From a bacterium (lineage in GTDB: Bacteria; Patescibacteriota; Minisyncoccia; Phycocordibacterales; UBA6899), in assembly GCA_043756865.1 (NCBI GenBank), contig JAYUQG010000019.1, positions 33,772 through 97,771 on the forward strand: 64,000 nt of DNA, written 5' to 3'. The translations under genes and the position numbers were made by a program. Below, one piece after another: positions 37,562 to 47,202 of the stretch (positions within the stretch are counted from its first letter, which is position 1; the number at the start of each line of letters is the position of its first letter). Below the pieces are notes generated by a model. The model was not told where the DNA came from. It searched no databases and saw nothing but the letters and a program-made list of their open reading frames with translations.

Positions 37562-40225
37562 ATGGCTGACAAGAAACCGAAGGCGTCCGAACTCTCTTCA
37601 ATAATTGTGAGAGGAGCGCGTACGCATAATCTCAAGAATATTACGGTAGAAATGCCCCGCAATAAAATGGTGGTTATTACGGGGCTTTCGGGTTCCGGAA
37701 AATCATCGCTTGCATTCGACACCATATTTGCCGAAGGACAACGTCGCTACGTCGAATCACTATCTGCCTATGCTCGTCAATTTCTCCATCAGATGCAAAA
37801 ACCAGATGTGGATGAAATTGTCGGACTTTCTCCTGCTATTTCAATTGACCAGAAATCACATTCCTCAAATCCGCGCTCGACCGTAGCAACTATCACCGAG
37901 ATATATGACTATCTCCGCGTGTTGTATGCACGTATTGGTATTCCGCACTGTCTCACCTGTGGCAAACCCATCAAACGACTTACAAACGAAGAAATCATGA
38001 ACTTTGTTTTTGAGCGCGTTGACGTCATCGGCAAGCATGCTCCCAAGGACACAGTGCTTGGCGTTCAATATTCTGCGCTCAAAGTCGGTATCTATGCTCC
38101 TGTGGTGCGTGGGAGAAAAGGTGAGTACTATCAGCTACTGTACGATTACCTCTCGAAAGGATATTCACGCGCACGCATCGACGGAAAGCACAAGAATTTA
38201 CGCGAACAAATCATTCTGACCAAAACAAAAAAACACGATATTGATATCGTCGTTGATGAGTTTTTTATATCCGAGTTTACAGACAACACAAAGGGCGTAC
38301 GTGAGCGACTGGCAGAAGCCGTTGAGCGAGCGCTCGACGAAACTGACGGACTTGTCCGCATGGTCATAGGCGACGAAGACCGCCTGATGTCTGCAAAGTT
38401 TGCTTGTCCCGATGACGGATTTTCATACCCTGAGGTTGAGCCGCGACTCTTTTCGTTTAATTCACCAGCAGGGGCGTGTCAGGGGTGTAATGGGTTAGGA
38501 ACAAAGCATTTCTTCGGTGACGAGCCATGTGAGGTCTGCCACGGTGCGCGATTGCGCGAGGAAGCCCTACATGTAACTATCGGAGATGCGGATGCTCGTG
38601 CGGAGGCAGAACTCAGCAAGAAAAAAATCGGAGACACCATTCCCCGAGGGAAAAACATTACACAAATTACCGACTTGTCGATTGAAGAGGCAGATGCATT
38701 CTTCAGGTCGCTTTCGCTTACGCCGACGGAAAAAGAAATATCTAATGTCGTGATAAAGGAAATTCAATCACGTCTCACCTTTATGCGCGACGTGGGTATC
38801 GGCTATTTAACGCTTGGGCGACGCGCCAATACACTCTCGGGCGGAGAGGCCCAGCGTATCCGCCTCGCATCGCAACTCGGCTCGCGTCTCGTTGGTGCAT
38901 TGTACGTGCTCGACGAACCAACAATTGGTTTACATCAGCGCGATAACGACCGGTTAATCAAAACACTGCGTGATTTATGCGACATGGGCAACACCATCAT
39001 TACCGTTGAGCATGACGAGGACACTATTTTCGCTTCTGACTACCTAATCGACATAGGACCAGGGGCGGGCGTACACGGTGGCGAAGTAGTTGCCTCCGGC
39101 TACCTCGAGGAATTGCTTCTGAACAAAAAAGAAAAGTCGCTTACACTGGACTACTTGCGTGGTGACAAGCAAGTAGCAATACCTGAAAAACGTCGAGATA
39201 AAGAAAAGGGTACACTCCAAATACGCGGAGGAAGGGCGTTCAATATCACGAACATGAATGTAGATATCCCGCTTGGGAGACTCGTTGCTATCACTGGCGT
39301 GTCTGGGTCTGGGAAATCAACCCTCCTCTATGAACTCATATACAAAAACCTCCAAGCACGTTTCGAGCGCAAATATCGTTCGGCAAAGACCTACAACTGT
39401 GCTTCATTTCTGGGAACGGAGTACCTCCACCGTACTATTCTCATCGACCAATCACCAATTGGACGCACCCCGCGTTCAAATCCCGCTACCTATACTGGAG
39501 CATGGACATTTATTCGCGACATGTTTGCGGAGACGGAGGAGGCGAAGGTGCGCGGATGGAAGCCATCGCGATTCTCTTTTAACGTAAAGGGAGGCCGCTG
39601 TGAAGCCTGCGAGGGAAACGGCATGATTGCAGTGGAAATGCACTTTCTCCCCACGGTATATGTGCTTTGTGATGTATGCCAAGGTAAGCGCTTCCAAAAG
39701 GAGACACTTGAAGTGAAATTTAAAAAGAAAAGCATATACGAAATACTTAAGATGACTATCGAGGAAGCGCGGGATTTCTTCCAAGATATTCCCGCCATTT
39801 CCGACAGATTACGCTCGCTCACCGACGTGGGGCTTGGGTATTTGGAATTAGGCCAGTCTGCTACAACACTTTCCGGTGGAGAGGCTCAACGTGTCAAAAT
39901 CGCATCGGAACTGTACCGTCCGCTTATGCAGCGCACGATGTACTTACTTGATGAGCCAACAATTGGCCTGCACTATGAGGACGTTAAAAAACTCATTGAA
40001 ATTCTCCAGACACTTGTCGACAAGGGAAATTCAGTCCTGTTGATTGAACACAATCTTGACGTTATAAAATCTGCGGACTATGTCATAGATATCGGCCCAG
40101 AGGGTGGAGCTGGCGGTGGACAACTGACGGGTAAGGGCACACCGGAGGAGCTCGCTGGAAATGCGAAGTCCTACACTGGTCAGTACCTCAAGAAGATGCT
40201 ATCGAAAAGAAAAAAGGGATCCTAG
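37562..40225 (+). CDS. uvrA: excinuclease ABC subunit A
   Basis: Two ABC modules ([10 protein letters not shown] / [10 protein letters not shown]; LSGGEAQR x2). Zn-finger Cys clusters. Confidence 0.9.
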   Translation: MADKKPKASELSSIIVRGARTHNLKNITVEMPRNKMVVITGLSGSGKSSLAFDTIFAEGQRRYVESLSAYARQFLHQMQKPDVDEIVGLSPAISIDQKSHSSNPRSTVATITEIYDYLRVLYARIGIPHCLTCGKPIKRLTNEEIMNFVFERVDVIGKHAPKDTVLGVQYSALKVGIYAPVVRGRKGEYYQLLYDYLSKGYSRARIDGKHKNLREQIILTKTKKHDIDIVVDEFFISEFTDNTKGVRERLAEAVERALDETDGLVRMVIGDEDRLMSAKFACPDDGFSYPEVEPRLFSFNSPAGACQGCNGLGTKHFFGDEPCEVCHGARLREEALHVTIGDADARAEAELSKKKIGDTIPRGKNITQITDLSIEEADAFFRSLSLTPTEKEISNVVIKEIQSRLTFMRDVGIGYLTLGRRANTLSGGEAQRIRLASQLGSRLVGALYVLDEPTIGLHQRDNDRLIKTLRDLCDMGNTIITVEHDEDTIFASDYLIDIGPGAGVHGGEVVASGYLEELLLNKKEKSLTLDYLRGDKQVAIPEKRRDKEKGTLQIRGGRAFNITNMNVDIPLGRLVAITGVSGSGKSTLLYELIYKNLQARFERKYRSAKTYNCASFLGTEYLHRTILIDQSPIGRTPRSNPATYTGAWTFIRDMFAETEEAKVRGWKPSRFSFNVKGGRCEACEGNGMIAVEMHFLPTVYVLCDVCQGKRFQKETLEVKFKKKSIYEILKMTIEEARDFFQDIPAISDRLRSLTDVGLGYLELGQSATTLSGGEAQRVKIASELYRPLMQRTMYLLDEPTIGLHYEDVKKLIEILQTLVDKGNSVLLIEHNLDVIKSADYVIDIGPEGGAGGGQLTGKGTPEELAGNAKSYTGQYLKKMLSKRKKGS

Positions 40226-40365
40226 TCCTCCCATCGGTTTTTTTGATTTCCTTTAGCTGTACCAAGGTAAAGCCCGACAGAAGCAATGCTTGTCTCAACT
40301 GGAGACGAACACAAGCGGTGACAGCTCGGTTGTACGAGAAATTTCTTCCTTAAAATGACGTGTAA

Positions 40366-40758
40366 CTATTGTGCGGCGTGAGTCAGCAGATAACCCTTGC
40401 TTGCGAGGAGCTGCAGGATATCGTCGAGAATATTTTTTGTGGAGAGCTCTTTTTCTGCAGTGCGGTAAATCGGACGCAAGTGCTCAATGAGTGACGAAAT
40501 GAGTGCTGCAATTTCACCATCCGTCACTGCTTCATTACTCTTCATAAGCGTGAGGTGTTGATCTGAAATGACCGAGAAGAATGTCCAAATTCTGCGCTCG
40601 CACTCTCGCTCTGCCAAGGTACCGTCACGTACAGCACATTTAAAACCAAAAAGCTTGCGTTCTGTTTCCGCAATAAGGGTTTCGGGCTTGTTAAGGTCAA
40701 CGGTAATTTGCCCCTTTTTTGCACCAACGGGTTTTACTCCTTTCGGTATTTCTTTCAC
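40366..40758 (-). CDS. hypothetical protein (130 aa)
   Basis: GTG start at 40758 (rc). No motif recognised. Confidence 0.35.
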   Translation of the reverse strand: MKEIPKGVKPVGAKKGQITVDLNKPETLIAETERKLFGFKCAVRDGTLAERECERRIWTFFSVISDQHLTLMKSNEAVTDGEIAALISSLIEHLRPIYRTAEKELSTKNILDDILQLLASKGYLLTHAAQ

Positions 40759-40794
40759 TCCGTAAGTATCTCACATTTATTTTTATGTGAAACG

Positions 40795-40990
40795 TCTACT
40801 GACCCTCCCGAATTAACTTAACAAGAACAAACATGATCACTTTTGTTTCCTGCGCAGTCATGGAGCGCAGAATGCCTTGAGACGTAATAGGATTACGGTG
40901 AAAAGGTATTTTGCGTGAAGGACAAGCAGGAGATAAAAGTGGCGTGTTTTTCGTTAAGGTAATTCGGGAAGGTCAGTAACTGTACACACG
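40795..40990. repeat. MITE-like palindromic element, copy 1 (~190 bp, long imperfect terminal inverted repeats)
   Basis: CTGACCCTCCCGAATTAAC...GTTAAGGTAATTCGGGAAGGTCAG. About 90% identical to copy 2 at 46461-46649. Contains internal hairpin CTGCGCAGTCATGGAGCGCAG. Confidence 0.7.
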
Positions 40991-41037
40991 TCCACTGTCC
41001 TCGTCGCGATGAGCGAGATGCGCTAGTATTCTACAAT

Positions 41038-42282
41038 ATGACGCTAACTGAGCTGAAGGCTGCAAAACTCCCAGATTTGCCGGGAATATATACATTTCTG
41101 GATAGTAAGAAGTCGATTCTCTATATCGGAAAAGCGACGTCACTCCAATCGCGAGTTCGGAGTTATTTTGCAAATGACCTGCTGCATACACGAGGAAAGC
41201 ATATCGTCGACATGGTGACGCTCTCTACGTATGTTGAGCACACAATTACTGACTCAGTGCTCGAAGCGCTCGTGCTCGAAGCAAGCCTCATAAAGCGCCA
41301 CCAACCCTACTACAACACAAAAGAGAAAGACGGAAAAAGCTGGAATTACGTTGTTTTTAGTAACGAGCTATTTCCAAGTATCACCACTATTCGTGAACGT
41401 ACCATGCTCACAGGAAAAGATGAGCAAGAACTGGGTTTTAAAAAGATATTCGGGCCATTCCCGAGCGGTGGAAACCTCGAGGAAGCACTACGTATCATTC
41501 GAAAGATATTTCCTTTTCGCGATACATGTACACCAAATGCGGGTAAACCATGCTTCAACCGCCAAATCGGGCTCTGCCCCGGAGTGTGTACTGGCGAAAT
41601 GAGCAAAGCCGAGTACGGCAAACGCGTTCGAGAAATTTCATTATTTCTCGGAGGAAAAAAAACCCGCCTCGAGACGCTGCTCACCAAAGAAATGCACGCA
41701 TGCGCAAAGAAGCTGCAGTTCGAAGAGGCGGGGGAATACAAGCGTATGCTTTTTGCACTCCGCCACATCAAAGATGCGTCGTTGATTAAAGAGGACATAC
41801 GGGAAGAATCGCGACGTAGCTCCCGCACACGCAGCAAGCCGTTTCGCATCGAAGCGTATGACATTGCGCACATTTCAGGCAAATACACCGTAGGAGTAAT
41901 GACCGTAGTTGAAGATGGCGTTCCGAATAAGTCCGAGTACCGTAAATTTAAAATTCGCATAAATCCCGACCGCCCCGATGACACACTCCATCTCGAGGAG
42001 ATACTTTCTCGTCGTCTGCGGCACTCCAATTGGCAATTTCCCGATATTATTGTGGTAGACGGCAGCACTGCCCAGAAACGACGTGCGGAACGCACTTTGG
42101 CGACGCTCAATCTCAGCATTCCCGTACTCGGTGTAGTAAAGGACAACAGACACAAGGCGAAAGCAATTATCGGCAACAAGGAACTCGCCGTCTCCTACAA
42201 ACGGGGCATACTCATAGCGAATCTCGAGTCCCACCGCTTTGCGGTCGAATACCATCGGTTACTCCGTGGACGCTTGGGATAA
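41038..42282 (+). CDS. uvrC: excinuclease ABC subunit C, short form lacking C-terminal (HhH)2 region
   Basis: GIY-YIG N-terminus (LPGIYTFLD..ILYIGKA). UVR domain (FEEAGEYKRMLFAL). Catalytic region RIEAYDIAHISG / DIIVVDGS / ESHRFAV. 414 aa. Confidence 0.75.
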   Translation: MTLTELKAAKLPDLPGIYTFLDSKKSILYIGKATSLQSRVRSYFANDLLHTRGKHIVDMVTLSTYVEHTITDSVLEALVLEASLIKRHQPYYNTKEKDGKSWNYVVFSNELFPSITTIRERTMLTGKDEQELGFKKIFGPFPSGGNLEEALRIIRKIFPFRDTCTPNAGKPCFNRQIGLCPGVCTGEMSKAEYGKRVREISLFLGGKKTRLETLLTKEMHACAKKLQFEEAGEYKRMLFALRHIKDASLIKEDIREESRRSSRTRSKPFRIEAYDIAHISGKYTVGVMTVVEDGVPNKSEYRKFKIRINPDRPDDTLHLEEILSRRLRHSNWQFPDIIVVDGSTAQKRRAERTLATLNLSIPVLGVVKDNRHKAKAIIGNKELAVSYKRGILIANLESHRFAVEYHRLLRGRLG

Positions 42283-42316
42283 CCTTTTGGAGAGTTTGTG
42301 CGTTATACTAATCATC

Positions 42317-43282
42317 ATGAACAAGATACGTGTTGGAGTCGTGCGCGGTGGACCATCGAGCGAATATCCGGTTTCCTTAAAAACAGGGGACCACGTGCTT
42401 CGCCAGCTCGACACACTCAAATACGCCCCAATTGATATTTTGCTTTCCACGCACGGCGAGTGGTATATGAACGGCGCGCTTACTGACCTTGCAACTATTT
42501 CTGCTCACGTAGACGTCATTTGGAACGCGCTGCATGGGGAATATGGTGAAGATGGAAAACTTCAGCAGGAGCTCGATTATTTTAATATTCCTTACACGGG
42601 CTCAGGCGCGCTCGCTTCTTCGCTTGGGATGCACAAAGGTCTTGCGAAAGAACGCTTTAAGGAAGCAGGGCTCACCGCACCGGAGGGTGATCTCATTCCC
42701 AAGGAAGAAGTGTCGCGGGAGCGCGCATTCGAGCTCTTTCGTGGTAGACACTTACCGCTCATTGTGAAACCCGTCTCGGGTGGCTCATCGATAGCAACCG
42801 CCTTTGTAAACACATTCGAAGAACTTGACCGAGCAATACACGAAGCCAGCCAATTTGGAGATGTGCTCGTCGAGGAAGTAATCGAAGGGAAGGAGGCAAC
42901 AGTTTGCGTTATAGATGGTTCGGGAAAGGGCGAACATTTTGTACTCTATCCCATCGAGATTGTTCCGCCTTCGGATAAGACGTTTTTTGACTACGATGCA
43001 AAATATTCGGGTGAAAGTGCAGAAATATGTCCAGGAAGATTTCCGCTGTCTGTGCACTCGGAATTACGCGACCTCGCAACCAAAGCCCATATTGCGATTG
43101 GTGCGAAACATTATTCTCGGACAGATTTTATTGTTTCCCCGAAAGGAATTTACATACTTGAAATAAACACACTCCCAGGACTGACCGAAGAATCACTTTT
43201 GCCAAAGGCGTTGAAGAAAGGTGGTGTCGCAATGCCAGATTTTCTCGACCATGTTATCGGACTTGCACTCGCACAGAAATAA
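42317..43282 (+). CDS. ddl: D-alanine--D-alanine ligase
   Basis: KIRVGVVRGGPSSEYPVSL, EVIEGKEATV, EINTLPGLTEESLLPKA. ORF-track start 42239 is TTG; ATG at 42317. Confidence 0.85.
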   Translation: MNKIRVGVVRGGPSSEYPVSLKTGDHVLRQLDTLKYAPIDILLSTHGEWYMNGALTDLATISAHVDVIWNALHGEYGEDGKLQQELDYFNIPYTGSGALASSLGMHKGLAKERFKEAGLTAPEGDLIPKEEVSRERAFELFRGRHLPLIVKPVSGGSSIATAFVNTFEELDRAIHEASQFGDVLVEEVIEGKEATVCVIDGSGKGEHFVLYPIEIVPPSDKTFFDYDAKYSGESAEICPGRFPLSVHSELRDLATKAHIAIGAKHYSRTDFIVSPKGIYILEINTLPGLTEESLLPKALKKGGVAMPDFLDHVIGLALAQK

Positions 43283-43306
43283 CGCGAGTCAGCTAGCCAA
43301 GTCAAA

Positions 43307-43330
43307 CCCCGAAAACTCGGGGTTTTATTA
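43307..43330 (+). terminator. rho-independent terminator after ddl
   Basis: aaaCCCCGAaaaCTCGGGGttttatt. Confidence 0.6.
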
Positions 43331-43415
43331 TTTCCGCATGTGTGGCACAATATGCTGCAAAATAGAGATATACACTATTGTAAAAACGTGATTATCCTGT
43401 ATGCTCTTTATTGTC

Positions 43416-43488
43416 GGGCCGTTAGCTCATCTGGTAGAGCACCGCATTTGCAATGCGGGGGTGGCAGGTTCGAGTCCTGTACGGTCCA
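43416..43488 (+). tRNA. tRNA-Ala (anticodon TGC)
   Basis: Cloverleaf by eye: acceptor GGGCCGT/ACGGTCC, D-arm GCTC..GAGC, anticodon arm CCGCA-TTTGCAA-TGCGG, T-arm GCAGG-TTCGAGT-CCTGT, discriminator A. No encoded CCA. Confidence 0.85.
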
Positions 43489-43496
43489 CAAGCGTC

Positions 43497-43523
43497 AAAA
43501 AACCTGCCCTTGGGCAGGTTTTT
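43497..43523 (+). terminator. rho-independent terminator after tRNA-Ala(UGC), nested in a longer inverted repeat
   Basis: aaaaaCCTGCCCttgGGCAGGttttt. The outer arms GTCCACAAGCG (43484-43494) and CGCTTGTGGAC (43524-43534) are also complementary. Confidence 0.6.
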
Positions 43524-43745
43524 CGCTTGTGGACCGTAGCAAGCTAACTGCTTGGCTTGCGTAAGGACTCGAAAGGCTTTGCGATGTTTATGAAGCATTC
43601 TGATGCTGAATAAACCGCAAAGGCATACAGTCCTCGTAGAGGAAGAGTCATGTGTAATTGCTTGTCGAGATTTCTTTGCAGCAAAAGCGTAGTAGATTTT
43701 TGTTGAGGCGCAAATATAAAACGCCCACCAGCGTCTTATTATTTG

Positions 43746-43818
43746 TGGACCATAGCGGACTCGAACCGCTCACCTCATCCATGCCATGGATGCGCTCTAC
43801 CAGATGAGCTAATGGCCC
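43746..43818 (-). tRNA. tRNA-Ala (anticodon GGC)
   Basis: rc reads GGGCCAT-TA-GCTC-ATCTGGT-AGAGC-G-CATCC-ATGGCAT-GGATG-AGGTG-AGCGG-TTCGAGT-CCGCT-ATGGTCC-A. It is convergent with the other tRNA-Ala. Confidence 0.8.
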
Positions 43819-43900
43819 AGAATACGATTATACATATTTTGACCGCATTGTGTAGGATACAGCAGACTCCAAAGCCTCAAAATGCTACAATATACCTGCA

Positions 43901-44377
43901 GTGCTTACATATTCACCGATTCTCAATCGTCTCTACAGACTACTTCTGGCAGCCGAGTCTCTCGTTGGCAAGCAAATTCACGGCGCACAGGCTATCGTCT
44001 GCAGGGGAGACGAGGTGCTACTTATCAAAACTACCTACCGACCATTCTGGGAATTTCCCGGAGGTAAGATTGAGCCACTTGAAGCACCCGAATCTGCAGC
44101 TATTCGAGAGACGAAAGAAGAGACAAGGGTATTTATAAAAAGTATCGAGCGAAAGCTTGGTACGTATACAAGAAAGCATATCTTCAACTCCATTACCATC
44201 CACGTATATGTGGCGGCTGAATGGGAGGAGCTTGATTTGTGGCGGCCCAACCTTGAAATAGCAGAAAAGAAATTCTTCCCCTTAAGCGACCTCCCGCCCG
44301 ACACCTCACCTGCGACGCTGCGTCGCATTGCGGAGATGGGCACTCTGGGGCACCGTGAATTTTCTTTAGAATGGTGA
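43901..44377 (+). CDS. NUDIX hydrolase
   Basis: Nudix box GGKIEPLEAPESAAIRETKEETRV. ORF-track start is GTG; the true start is uncertain. Confidence 0.7.
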   Translation: MLTYSPILNRLYRLLLAAESLVGKQIHGAQAIVCRGDEVLLIKTTYRPFWEFPGGKIEPLEAPESAAIRETKEETRVFIKSIERKLGTYTRKHIFNSITIHVYVAAEWEELDLWRPNLEIAEKKFFPLSDLPPDTSPATLRRIAEMGTLGHREFSLEW

Positions 44378-44459
44378 TATACTCTCCACGAGCAAGCTCG
44401 TGTTCATGCGATGCTTTGTGTGAACTCTTCATTTTTGCCACGTACCATAAAACTACAAC

Positions 44460-44969
44460 ATGCAAAATATAAAACTCTTGATATTCTTAGGTACAATAGT
44501 ACTTATTGTTGGCACAATTTTTGGATTTTTTATACAACAAAGTATTGATAATAGGGCGCATCTGGCAGAAGATGGTGCGAAACGCGAAAAGAGTGCGATG
44601 GTCATGCCATATGATCTTGATGAAACGAAACATGTATTTCACGAACTTCCGAGTGGTGGAATGTTCCACCTCTATACAAGTGCAACGAATACGCAGCAAA
44701 TTGCGCTTATTCAAATGCGTCTCAAGGTTGAGTATGAGCGATTTCGCAAAGGAAATTTCTCTGATCAGATAAGACTATATGGTGCAGATATTCCTGGATC
44801 AGAAGGAATGTCAGAAAATTTTTCCCAAATTCAATTTATATATACCGACCTTCCTATTGGTGCGCAAATTCAGTTTATCGCAAGCGATCCGAAGGTGATT
44901 CAGGCAATTCATAGATGGATTCGCATACAACTCGTTGAGCATGGGGCTGACGCAAAGTCGTATATGTAG
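44460..44969 (+). CDS. membrane-anchored hypothetical protein
   Basis: N-terminal TM LLIFLGTIVLIVGTIFGFFI. Confidence 0.45.
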   Translation: MQNIKLLIFLGTIVLIVGTIFGFFIQQSIDNRAHLAEDGAKREKSAMVMPYDLDETKHVFHELPSGGMFHLYTSATNTQQIALIQMRLKVEYERFRKGNFSDQIRLYGADIPGSEGMSENFSQIQFIYTDLPIGAQIQFIASDPKVIQAIHRWIRIQLVEHGADAKSYM

Positions 44970-44975
44970 TCTTCG

Positions 44976-46358
44976 ATGAGTAACATGAAACTACAGTATA
45001 CAAGCAAGATTGGTTGGCCGCTACTTATCCTGCTTTCTTTTATTCCACTGATTATCTGGATGTTCACGCCGTATTCGCTCGACCAACGCTTCATACGAGG
45101 TGGGCAATTCAATTATGGGCTCACAATGCAGGCGCTCGGACAAGCATTGGGGCTTGTGGGTATGGCAATGTTCGCACTCAATCTTGTTCTCGGAGCCAGA
45201 CTTGCATGGATCGAAGGCCTTTTTGGGGGAATGAATAAAGTGTATATAGCTCACCACATCTTGGGTGGACTTTCATTCATCCTTCTCCTTCTTCACCCAT
45301 TGTTCCTTGTCGCCCAATATATTACCGCCGGTGCTAAAGGTATGCAAAATGGTTTTATAACTTTTGTAGCGAATCCTCATTGTTATGCGAATTTCGGTGT
45401 AACAAACCCTGAGTGCTCATACTTATGGGGTGTTATTGCCCTTATTCTCATGATCCTTTTCTTAGTGATCACTTTTTTTGGAAAACTTCCGTATCACATT
45501 TGGAAACTCACTCATAAATTTCTTGGCGTCGCGTTTTTCTTTGGCGCTCTTCATGTGCTATTCATCCCAAGTGATGTGACGGCAGTTGCTGTCCTTAAGT
45601 ACTACATGTTTTTTCTTGTTGTGATCGGTTTTACGGGGATCTTTTACCGCACGATCCTCGGTTCAATACTTGTTCCACGTACCGAGTACGTTATCGACGA
45701 AATCAAACAGGTCAACCCGACTATTGTTGAAATTGTCATGCACCCCAAGAATGATAAAAAATGTATTACCTACAAACCGGGGCAGTTTATCTTTATCGGT
45801 TTTCCTGACGTAAGCGGACTCGGTGAGGTGCATCCGTTTTCCCTTTCTTCGCAACCCGAGGGAGTGTGCATCTCTATCGGCGTGAAGGGTCTGGGTGACT
45901 ACACGAAGCGACTGAATGAACTGAGGCCGGGGATGCGTGCCATTATCGAAGGTCCCTTCGGGCGCACATCGTACATTTACTATCCAAAGAAAGACCAAAT
46001 CTGGATTGCAGGTGGAATCGGGATCACTCCCTTTCTTGGCATGGCGCGCAGCCTGAAGCATGATGATGAATACAAAATTGACCTGTATTATTCTGCGATG
46101 TCTCTCGAAGATGCAGCATTTGATGCTGAACTCAACGCCCTTGCAGTAGGTAATCCGAATTTTAGGCTTATCCCTTGGTATGGAAAGGAAAAAGGATTCT
46201 TAAGTGCTGATGCTATCATCGCAGAGAGCCATGGTGTGCTCGGAAAAGAAATTTTCCTTTGTGGACCTCCCGGAATGATGAAGGCACTGAAGACTCAATT
46301 TGCAAAATGGAAAGTACCAGTCGCAAATATCCACTCCGAGGAATTCTCGATGAATTAA
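44976..46358 (+). CDS. NOX/ferric-reductase-like transmembrane flavocytochrome (heme TM domain + FAD/NAD-binding FNR-like domain)
   Basis: Paired His on TM helices (HHILGG...LLHP; HKFLG...LHVLF). HPFSLSS (FAD site). GGIGITPF (NAD site). CGPPGM. Confidence 0.75.
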   Translation: MSNMKLQYTSKIGWPLLILLSFIPLIIWMFTPYSLDQRFIRGGQFNYGLTMQALGQALGLVGMAMFALNLVLGARLAWIEGLFGGMNKVYIAHHILGGLSFILLLLHPLFLVAQYITAGAKGMQNGFITFVANPHCYANFGVTNPECSYLWGVIALILMILFLVITFFGKLPYHIWKLTHKFLGVAFFFGALHVLFIPSDVTAVAVLKYYMFFLVVIGFTGIFYRTILGSILVPRTEYVIDEIKQVNPTIVEIVMHPKNDKKCITYKPGQFIFIGFPDVSGLGEVHPFSLSSQPEGVCISIGVKGLGDYTKRLNELRPGMRAIIEGPFGRTSYIYYPKKDQIWIAGGIGITPFLGMARSLKHDDEYKIDLYYSAMSLEDAAFDAELNALAVGNPNFRLIPWYGKEKGFLSADAIIAESHGVLGKEIFLCGPPGMMKALKTQFAKWKVPVANIHSEEFSMN

Positions 46359-46369
46359 TTTTATATCGT

Positions 46370-46459
46370 ATGTGGCTTAAAAAATTCGTAGCAGTTACAC
46401 TCGTCATTTTCGCAATAACACTCACCGTGTTTATTATGATTGGCCTTGTGGGTGTATAG
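46370..46459 (+). CDS. 29-aa hydrophobic micro-ORF (single TM) immediately after the NOX-like gene
   Basis: ATG 11 nt after the NOX stop. Peptide MWLKKFVAVTLVIFAITLTVFIMIGLVGV. It ends exactly at the MITE copy 2 boundary. Confidence 0.25.
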   Translation: MWLKKFVAVTLVIFAITLTVFIMIGLVGV

Positions 46460-46460
46460 C

Positions 46461-46649
46461 TCTACTGACCTTCTCGAATTAACAAGAACAGACACGATCA
46501 CTTTTGTTTCCTGCGCAGTCATGGAGCGCAAAACACCTTTAGGCGTAATTAATTACAGTGAAAAGGTATTTTGAGTGAAGGACAAGCAGGAGATAAAAGT
46601 GGCGTGTTTTTCGTTAAGGTAATTAGGAGAGGTCAGTAAGTACGCAACG
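46461..46649. repeat. MITE-like palindromic element, copy 2
   Basis: CTGACCTTCTCGAATTAAC...GTTAAGGTAATTAGGAGAGGTCAG. It sits between convergent genes. Confidence 0.7.
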
Positions 46650-46977
46650 TGTGGTACTTTGCTTTTTCCCACGCAATCATTCCACCAAGGACATTTACCG
46701 CATTGTGGTAGTCATGGTCAGCAAGTGTGTCGCACGCAGTTTCACTGCGGCCACCACTGCGACAAATAAAGTAAATTCTCGATGCACGTTTGAGCTCGGG
46801 GATATGCGCTTCGATTGAGGAAAGTGGTATGTGTGTAAATCCCGCGATATGACCCTCATCCCATTCTTCATGTGTACGCACATCCACAAAGAGCGCACCA
46901 TCTGGATGAGCAAGTGCCAGTTTAACCCCCTCAACCGAGATTGCGTTACGACCAGTGTTCTTTAACTTATCTAACAT
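46633..46977 (-). CDS. rhodanese-domain sulfurtransferase
   Basis: Active-site loop CRSGGRS. 114 aa single rhodanese domain. Confidence 0.75.
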   Translation of the reverse strand: MLDKLKNTGRNAISVEGVKLALAHPDGALFVDVRTHEEWDEGHIAGFTHIPLSSIEAHIPELKRASRIYFICRSGGRSETACDTLADHDYHNAVNVLGGMIAWEKAKYHTLRTY

Positions 46978-47202
46978 ATATGCTTATTCTAGCAGAATAT
47001 GCACGGACCTTCCTGCAGGTCTGACACCATTGCTCATTAACTACTTCCGAATGAGTTCCTGAGGTGACACCTTCCAAGGCTTAGGAGTCATCCCAAGAAC
47101 TCGCAGATACAGAAAAGTTTAATTGGAGACGGTATGACACAGATTGACGCAGGAGCATGACACCGATACTCTAAATCGAGAACGATTTTGGAGGTGAGAG
47201 TC

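Noticed and set aside
41346-42179. 277-aa minus-strand ORF inside uvrC
   Set aside because: Antisense to a gene with strong UvrC motifs. Ser/Arg-rich composition typical of an antisense artefact.
43743-44138. 131-aa + strand ORF
   Set aside because: It runs straight through the minus-strand tRNA-Ala(GGC) gene and has odd composition. It is spurious.
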